A DNA stretch of 64,000 nucleotides from an uncultured delta proteobacterium (GTDB lineage: Bacteria > Myxococcota_A > Polyangia > Polyangiales > Polyangiaceae), in contig CAWJCS010000005.1 of assembly GCA_963841435.1 (NCBI GenBank), positions 1,152,001 through 1,216,000 of the forward strand, given 5' to 3'. The position numbers and the translations under genes were made by a program. Every line of letters begins with the position of its first letter. Position 1 is the stretch's first letter. The notes under the pieces are model-generated. The model did not search any database, was not told the DNA's origin, and was given only the letters and a program-made list of their open reading frames with translations. This document shows positions 57,950 through 64,000 of this stretch, piece after piece.

Positions 57950-59047
57950 TCAGCGCAGCGAGGGGCTGGGCGCGTGAACCGTCTCCTGCTCCTTCACGGG
58001 TGGCTCGTGAGCGCTTTGCGAGGGCGAGGGCCGGCGCATGCGAAGATAGCCGGGGAGCTCGACCGGCAGCCGCACGCGTGCCGATTCGAGGAGCGCTTCG
58101 GCGACCCGCACATCGCACCAACCCTCCTCCCCGGAGGGCTCGGGCTCGCGATCGCTCAGGATGCAGTCGGAAAAGTACTCGAGCTCCGGCGCAAACTGGT
58201 CGCCCCGCTCGAAATGGGTGGGTTCGGTGGTGCCATCGACCGTGAGGTAGTGCACGAGGCCGTTGACGTAGTCGTAGGCGGGCTCCACCCGGAGGTCACC
58301 AAGAGCACCGGCAACGCGGTAGCTCGATACGCTGGCCGTGCTGTTGCCGACCGTGAACTCCGCGAGGCGGTCGCTCGGAAAGCGCAGAACGGCGCTCATG
58401 GTGTCGTCCACACCGTTCACGAAGACAGCGCTGCCCATGACCTCGATCGGCTCGGCATCGAACAGGTTGCGCGCGGCATTGATGCAGTACACGCCAAGGT
58501 CATAGGTCGCCCCGCCCGCCACCTCCGGCTTGCGGCGGGTGTCGCCGCTGCGCACCACGTGCGTGAAGAACGAGCTGAAGAGCTTCGGCTCCCCGAGCCT
58601 GCCCGAGCGCGCGATTTCGACCGCCTGCAGGGTGGCTCGCTCGAAGTGCAATCGGTAGGCGATCATCAGCTTGACCTCGCGGGCTTCGCACGCATCGATC
58701 ATGGCGCGGCAGTCCTGGACGCTCGGTGCCATGGGCTTCTCGCACAGCACGTGGGCCCCGGCGCTCGCGGCGCGGAGCGTGAACTCACGATGATAGGAGT
58801 TTGGCGTGGCGACATAGACGGCATCGACTCCGGCGCGCTCGATGATGCTTTCGAGCTCGTCGTAGTCGCCGTCGGCCTCGAGCTGGTAGCGCTCGCGCAG
58901 CTCGGCGCGCTTTTGGGGGTCGCCAGAAACGACGGCAATGAGACGGGAATTTGGTGCGGCGTGCTCGAAGGCGGGCAGAACCGCCTCCTGGGCGATGTTT
59001 CCAGCACCGATGACGGCATAGCGAATCGTTGATTTCGACTGAGTCAT
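57950..59047 (-). CDS. Gfo/Idh/MocA oxidoreductase (glucose-fructose oxidoreductase-like)
   Basis: GAGNIA, DAVYVATPN, HVLCEKPMA, AYRLHFE, DLGVYCIN. Confidence 0.92.
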   Translation of the reverse strand: MTQSKSTIRYAVIGAGNIAQEAVLPAFEHAAPNSRLIAVVSGDPQKRAELRERYQLEADGDYDELESIIERAGVDAVYVATPNSYHREFTLRAASAGAHVLCEKPMAPSVQDCRAMIDACEAREVKLMIAYRLHFERATLQAVEIARSGRLGEPKLFSSFFTHVVRSGDTRRKPEVAGGATYDLGVYCINAARNLFDAEPIEVMGSAVFVNGVDDTMSAVLRFPSDRLAEFTVGNSTASVSSYRVAGALGDLRVEPAYDYVNGLVHYLTVDGTTEPTHFERGDQFAPELEYFSDCILSDREPEPSGEEGWCDVRVAEALLESARVRLPVELPGYLRMRRPSPSQSAHEPPVKEQETVHAPSPSLR

Positions 59048-59163
59048 GAGCCCCACGAATGCATGCCACGCGCCACCCTGCCGAACGCGACGAACGCCTC
59101 GCAGCGTCGCGTCCCGCCCCGACGGGGCGGTTTCGTGCGGGTCGAAAGTGCTTCGAACCGGGC

Positions 59164-59787
59164 TCAGCTAGCCCGAATTACGGCGCAGGCCGCCGGCTTC
59201 AATGCCTGCGGCTGACCGTCGTCCTCTCGCGCGTCCACGACGATAGCGCGATCGACGAGACTCCGCGGGTCGTGCTCGCGCAGGTTCCCCCCGCTCGTCA
59301 TGATGAGCAGCGCACCGTTGCCGTGCTCATCGATGCTGATGTTGCCGAGGTCCCCAAGGTGTTGTTCCCCCGAGCCCGGCAGGCCGTGCCGACTATGGCG
59401 GGGATTGAGGTGCTCGGCTGCGGCAATCGATTGAGCGTCGCAATCGCTTCGGTCGACCACGTGCACGCCGAGGCGGGTATTAGGTGGCGCGTCGTGAAGC
59501 ATGACCTCGATGCGCACGCCCGAGGTGACCTCTTCTAGCTTCGCCGTTCCGGCTGCTTTGCTGCCGCCCGCCGGTTCCAGCGCCGCCTTCGCCCGCTTGA
59601 AAATCGTGCCAGGCGGCAGCAGGTCGCCATTCTTTGCCGGATCCGCCGAGCCAACGGCTCCCGAGCGATCCCCGGTCTGCGTGCTCATCACGGTTCGACC
59701 CTGGTCACAGCCGCTCGCGATGGCGAGGAGCGCCGCCGCGAGCGACGGAGGAGCGTGTCGCAAGCCTTTCGTGCAACGTTTCATCAT
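59164..59787 (-). CDS. Cu/Zn superoxide dismutase-like lipoprotein with degenerate Cu site
   Basis: Lipobox ASGC, GVHVV, HLNP, HG, HLGDLGNI, AIVVDAREDD, ACAVI. Confidence 0.85.
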   Translation of the reverse strand: MMKRCTKGLRHAPPSLAAALLAIASGCDQGRTVMSTQTGDRSGAVGSADPAKNGDLLPPGTIFKRAKAALEPAGGSKAAGTAKLEEVTSGVRIEVMLHDAPPNTRLGVHVVDRSDCDAQSIAAAEHLNPRHSRHGLPGSGEQHLGDLGNISIDEHGNGALLIMTSGGNLREHDPRSLVDRAIVVDAREDDGQPQALKPAACAVIRAS

Positions 59788-59952
59788 GGTCCGACCGAAC
59801 GCACGCCGCGTGCCAGGCACGAAGGCTGCATTGCAAGTCACGTGGACGACCTGGCACGAATCCCCGTTCTCGCGACCTTTCCGGGGCAGACCGCCCCAGC
59901 CGGGCTCGAGTGCGGCAACCCTGTTTGACCCACGCTCGAGGAGATCCGACCC

Positions 59953-60312
59953 ATGCTCGCTCGCATCAAGAACACCTGGAACCAGCTGAAGAGCTTTCCG
60001 CCCGGGACGCGTTTCGAGGCGTTCCACCGCAGCCAGGAAGGTCAACCGCCCTGGATCGCGGCGCTCTACATCGTGCTCGCGGCAGTCTCGTTCGTGGTCG
60101 GCGTGATCTTGGCGTTCATCCCGGGCCCGGCCGTCGTATTCTTTGCGCTTTCCGCCGGCCTCGTGGCGACGCGGTCCGTGTGGATGGCGCGCTGGATGGA
60201 CCGCATGGAGGCTCGCGGGAGAAAGCTCTGGGCGTCGTATCGGGGGTGGCGAAAGCGACGCCGGCGGCACCATGGCCAAAACGGCCGCGAGACGCGCCCG
60301 AACAGCACCTGA
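59953..60312 (+). CDS. Small membrane protein (PGPGW-like)
   Basis: Hydrophobic hairpin with FIPGPA; PPGTRF N-terminal motif. Confidence 0.6.
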   Translation: MLARIKNTWNQLKSFPPGTRFEAFHRSQEGQPPWIAALYIVLAAVSFVVGVILAFIPGPAVVFFALSAGLVATRSVWMARWMDRMEARGRKLWASYRGWRKRRRRHHGQNGRETRPNST

Positions 60313-60321
60313 CGAACCGCG

Positions 60322-60528
60322 TCAGTCGCCCTCTCGAGTCGTGGCCCGAGCTCGCGCGAGCCGCGCGGCGCACTCGACGTGACCGGCTTTGGTCGCCAGA
60401 TCGTGCGCGGTTTCGCCCTTGTCGTTCTCGAGCAACGGATCGGCACCGAGGGCGAGCAGCTCCTCGAGGCTATGGAGATTCCGGTTTCCGGCGGACTCCA
60501 TCAGGGGGTATGGCCGGTCCCCTGGCAC
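60322..60528 (-). pseudogene. Ankyrin-repeat fragment
   Basis: PLMESA..., LLALGADP..ENDKGETAHDLA...GH.EC; only about 1.5 repeats, begins 1 bp after the tamB stop. Confidence 0.6.
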
Positions 60529-60529
60529 C

Positions 60530-63500
60530 CTACTCGAACTCGAGGCGCCAGCGCACGTCGGCGCCGAGGTTGCCGAGCGCCGAGCTCGAGATGTCGTTGA
60601 CGTTGTCGTAGGAGCTTTCGACGCTCACGCGGTTGGAGAGGCGCCACTCGACGTTGGAGCGCACCTCGCGCGATTCGGCGAGGCCCGTGGTGACGTTGGC
60701 GCGCACGCGGTCGTTGAGGCGCTTGCCGATCGTCACCGTGGGCTCGGTACGGCCCGTCCGCGACGAATAGGAGCTGCCGAAGCGAAACTCGTCGATCACG
60801 GGGACCGCGCTCGTGACGGCCTTGTCGGCGCCGCTCAGCGTGCCGAGCGCCTCGAGCGCCACGCTCTCGCCCACGCTCGCCGACTGCGCCTGGTCGAGCT
60901 CCGTGCGTGTCAGCCCCACGGTGAGCAGCAAGAAGACGTCGTCCTGTGCGAGCGCGGGGTCGCTCGTGAGATCGATCTTCAGGTCGTCGGCGTCACCATG
61001 AGCGTGCATGCGAATCGTCCAGTGGCCGCCACCCACGCTCGAGGCGCTACCGCTCGAGCTGCTCGCCGCCGAGCTGCCGCTCGTGGTCGAATTCTCCGCG
61101 TAGCGGCGGTACTCCGTGACGGCCGTCACGTCGACGTTCGGCGCGATGCGCGTTTCGTCGTCGAAGCGCACCGTGCCCTGCGTCACTTCGAACACGCTGC
61201 GGCGCAGCGTGATCCGCCCGCCGGGCTTCACCTCGACGGTGCCGCGCAGGCCGTAGCGACCGTTAGTGCCCTTGAGCACGAGACCCTCGTCACCGAGCGT
61301 CAGATCGGCCTCGACGAGCTCGTTTTTGATCTGCAGCGCACGGGCCGCCCGCACGGTGATGTCGAGGTCGACGACGTCTTCGGCCGGATCGTACGCTTCG
61401 AAGCTCGTGCGCTTGCCGCGCCGGCCGAGCGACTGGAGCTCCGCCGTCATCGTGACGGGGCGCCGGTACTCGAGCGAGCGCAAGAGCACGTTGCCGGACA
61501 GGCGCGGCAGCGCCGGCTCGGAGCCGGTCCCCGGCTTCCAGGTCGCGAGCAGGTCCGCGTCCGCGCTCGCACGCACGCTTTCGCCGAGCGGCAGCGCGAT
61601 CTCCCGGGCGGTGAGGTCGAGGCGCATCGCGCTCAACGAGAAGCCGCGCACGGGTCCGCCACCCTTCACGCCGAGCGTGCCGTTGCCGAACCGGGCGGAG
61701 CCACGGGCGACGTTGAGCTCGCCGCCTTCGAGCTTGAGCGCGAGATCGATGTCGGTGATCGGCGAGGCGAGCCCGTGCAGCGTGAGCTCGCCGCCGCTGA
61801 GCTCGAGCCCGCCGTCATAGACGGGCGCCCGCAGTGGACCCTTGACGGCGAGCTTGCCGGAGACCGTACCCTTGGCGCGCTCGACGCGGGAAAACGCCTG
61901 CGTTAGCGCCGAGAGGTCCATCGGCCGCAAGCTCAGCGTGCCATCGACGCGCGGCACGTCCCGGAGCGACGCCACGTCGCCCGTGACGTCGAACGTGGCC
62001 CGGTGCCCGCTCGGCGTGACGGCGAGAACGCTCAGCGCGGGCACGCTCACCGCGCCGCCGCCGAGCTCGATGGCCCGCGAGCCGGGCAAGACGCGCGCCG
62101 AGTAACCGCCACGCGAGAACGAGAGGTCGGCGAGAGCGAGCTTGGCGCGCGACGAAACGGGATCGGCGACGCGCCACTCCGAGAGGTCGAGCGTCCCCGA
62201 CAGGTGCCCCTGAACGCGGGAGTCCGAGAGCGCGAAAGTAGGGACGAGCTCCGCGAGCGCGCTCGCGTCGAGGCCGTCGAAGACCACGCGGCCGCGCGCG
62301 AGCTTGCTGCGCTGCTTGGTCATCTGCAGGTGGTCGAAGCGCACCTGGCCGCCGAAGAGCGAGCCCGACAGGTCGAAGACGCCGCTCGCACGGTCGGTCT
62401 CCCATTCCGAGGGGTCGAAGGGCGGCGTGATGGCAGCGCCGCACCCCGTGCGCCCGATCACCTTCTCTGCTTCGTTTAGCGCCGTGAGCTCGTAGCGAAA
62501 CTCCGACGAAGGCAAGGTCGCGCGGCCCACGCGCACCGACGTGATGCGCCCGCTGCCGCTCCCCGAAAGCTCGTCGATCGAACCGCCGAACTCGGCCACC
62601 CCCGACGCTCTTCCGTCCGCCACGCGAAGCGCCGCCGGGAGGGCGTCGATGTCACCGATGGGCACGTCGCTCGCCACCAGGTGTCCCTGGAGGGTGCCGC
62701 CAGCCCGGATCTCGAAAGACCCGAGCACCGAGCCCGAGCCTTTGTGGAGCGCCATGGAGGGAACGGAGAGCGTCATGCCCCGGTAGCTCGCCTCGCGATC
62801 GAACCAGCGGAAGCGGTAGTCGCCTTCGCCGCTGTCGTAGTGCTCTCCCCAGAGATCGAAGCGCTTGAAGGCCAGTTTGCCATCTGTCTCGAGCACACCG
62901 CCGCCACACGGGTCGCGCTTGCCCCCGAGGACGTAGTGAACGTGCGCGTCAGCGCTCGTCACGCCCTCGAGATCGGTCCAGCGCGGGTCCTGGTCGAAGT
63001 GCCAAATGGCCAAAAATTCCTGCAAATCGAAGCCCGGGCTCTTCACGGTGGCGTCGGCGACGAGCGTCGCCCCGGCGTCGAAATCCATGCGCCCGCTCGG
63101 GATGGTGTACGGGCTCGTGCCCTTCTGCGCGACGACGTCGGTGAGCTCGAACCAGAGGGGCCGAAAGCGCACCTTGGCGCTCTTCAGGTCACCGAGCGGG
63201 AAGCCCCCGAATTCGAAGCCCTGGATCTTCAGGTTGCCGGTCAAGAGCGGGTCGCCCATATCGCCGGCCATCTCAACGTCAACCTCCGCGTTGCCGGCCC
63301 AGGGGATGTCAACGAGCGGGCTCACGTCCGAAAGGTCGATCTTGGAGCCCTTGGGAATCGACAGCGCGATCGTGTTGGCGAACCCGATCGAGATCAGGCG
63401 CGAGTACACGCTCGATTTTCCGAAATCCGTGCGCATGTCGAAAAACTCGAGCGCCTTCGGCACGACGCGGAACTTGCCGTGCAGGGTCGCGTGCTTCACG

Positions 63501-64000
63501 CCGATCATGTGCTTGCGACCGGGCTGGCTGAACGCTCGGTCGAACACCTCGAAATCGCGAGTTTCTCCCCAGAGATCGCCCTCGACGCGCACCGGCGCGA
63601 GCGCGCCGTGGATGCGGCGGGCGTGCGTTTCCTTGATGTCCCAGCTCACGATCGTTCGTGGCGTCACGTTCAGGTCGCGCATCAGCGACGTGAATGGGAC
63701 GTCGGCTTGATCCATGGCCTCGATGCTGATGGGCGCGCCGGGCTTGAGGGGCTCGATGCGCGCGTTCGTGATGGTGACGTGCCCGTCGGCGAATCCCATT
63801 TCGAACTTGGGGACTTGCACGACGTCGGCGGCGACGTGAAGATCGACGGCGAGGTCCTGAGCGATGCGATAGGGCCCGAGCGCGATACCCTTGCCGGTCA
63901 GCTTGCCGTCCAGCTCCGGCAACTCGAAGCTTCCGTCGTAGCGAATGTCCCCGGCGAACGCCACGGAGCCGCGGAGCGTTAGCGTCGTGACGAAGCGGTT
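60530..64000 (-). CDS. tamB: TamB/AsmA-like translocation and assembly module protein, 5' end outside the window
   Basis: Long beta-rich ORF with DUF490-like C-terminus (LTSDPALAQDDVFLLL, VTIGKRL, GADVRWRLEFE). Confidence 0.88.
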   Translation of the reverse strand, partial: NRFVTTLTLRGSVAFAGDIRYDGSFELPELDGKLTGKGIALGPYRIAQDLAVDLHVAADVVQVPKFEMGFADGHVTITNARIEPLKPGAPISIEAMDQADVPFTSLMRDLNVTPRTIVSWDIKETHARRIHGALAPVRVEGDLWGETRDFEVFDRAFSQPGRKHMIGVKHATLHGKFRVVPKALEFFDMRTDFGKSSVYSRLISIGFANTIALSIPKGSKIDLSDVSPLVDIPWAGNAEVDVEMAGDMGDPLLTGNLKIQGFEFGGFPLGDLKSAKVRFRPLWFELTDVVAQKGTSPYTIPSGRMDFDAGATLVADATVKSPGFDLQEFLAIWHFDQDPRWTDLEGVTSADAHVHYVLGGKRDPCGGGVLETDGKLAFKRFDLWGEHYDSGEGDYRFRWFDREASYRGMTLSVPSMALHKGSGSVLGSFEIRAGGTLQGHLVASDVPIGDIDALPAALRVADGRASGVAEFGGSIDELSGSGSGRITSVRVGRATLPSSEFRYELTALNEAEKVIGRTGCGAAITPPFDPSEWETDRASGVFDLSGSLFGGQVRFDHLQMTKQRSKLARGRVVFDGLDASALAELVPTFALSDSRVQGHLSGTLDLSEWRVADPVSSRAKLALADLSFSRGGYSARVLPGSRAIELGGGAVSVPALSVLAVTPSGHRATFDVTGDVASLRDVPRVDGTLSLRPMDLSALTQAFSRVERAKGTVSGKLAVKGPLRAPVYDGGLELSGGELTLHGLASPITDIDLALKLEGGELNVARGSARFGNGTLGVKGGGPVRGFSLSAMRLDLTAREIALPLGESVRASADADLLATWKPGTGSEPALPRLSGNVLLRSLEYRRPVTMTAELQSLGRRGKRTSFEAYDPAEDVVDLDITVRAARALQIKNELVEADLTLGDEGLVLKGTNGRYGLRGTVEVKPGGRITLRRSVFEVTQGTVRFDDETRIAPNVDVTAVTEYRRYAENSTTSGSSAASSSSGSASSVGGGHWTIRMHAHGDADDLKIDLTSDPALAQDDVFLLLTVGLTRTELDQAQSASVGESVALEALGTLSGADKAVTSAVPVIDEFRFGSSYSSRTGRTEPTVTIGKRLNDRVRANVTTGLAESREVRSNVEWRLSNRVSVESSYDNVNDISSSALGNLGADVRWRLEFE

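Overview
High-GC (roughly 70% by eye) bacterial DNA. The gene content (GltJ/AgmX-like ZnR-GYF protein, DUF1592/DUF1552 pair, myxobacterial Cys-rich repeats, fibro-slime and IgGFc-binding-like domains, many Gly-rich lipoproteins) points to Myxococcota, probably Polyangiales (inference). The left third is mostly housekeeping: pepA (partial), SDR, fpr, fabH, aroA, gdhA, LeuA-like, radical SAM, protease, ttcA, queD. About 23.7-50 kb is an accessory region of secreted lipoproteins with Gly-rich tethers, plus a multicopper oxidase/TolC unit and a cold-shock gene. The right part has MscS, glycosyltransferases, an oxidoreductase, a SOD-like protein and a partial tamB. I saw no rRNA, tRNA, CRISPR array or transposase. 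The most notable observations are: the uncharacterised DUF1592-DUF1552-Cys-rich lipoprotein operon; a shared Gly-tether lipoprotein architecture; four +1 frameshifts at the same CGTTC context; a G9 tract at the 5' end of a GT87 gene; a SOD-like protein lacking two Cu ligands; and five 5'-truncated gene tails. All family calls come from motif recognition by eye, with no database searches.
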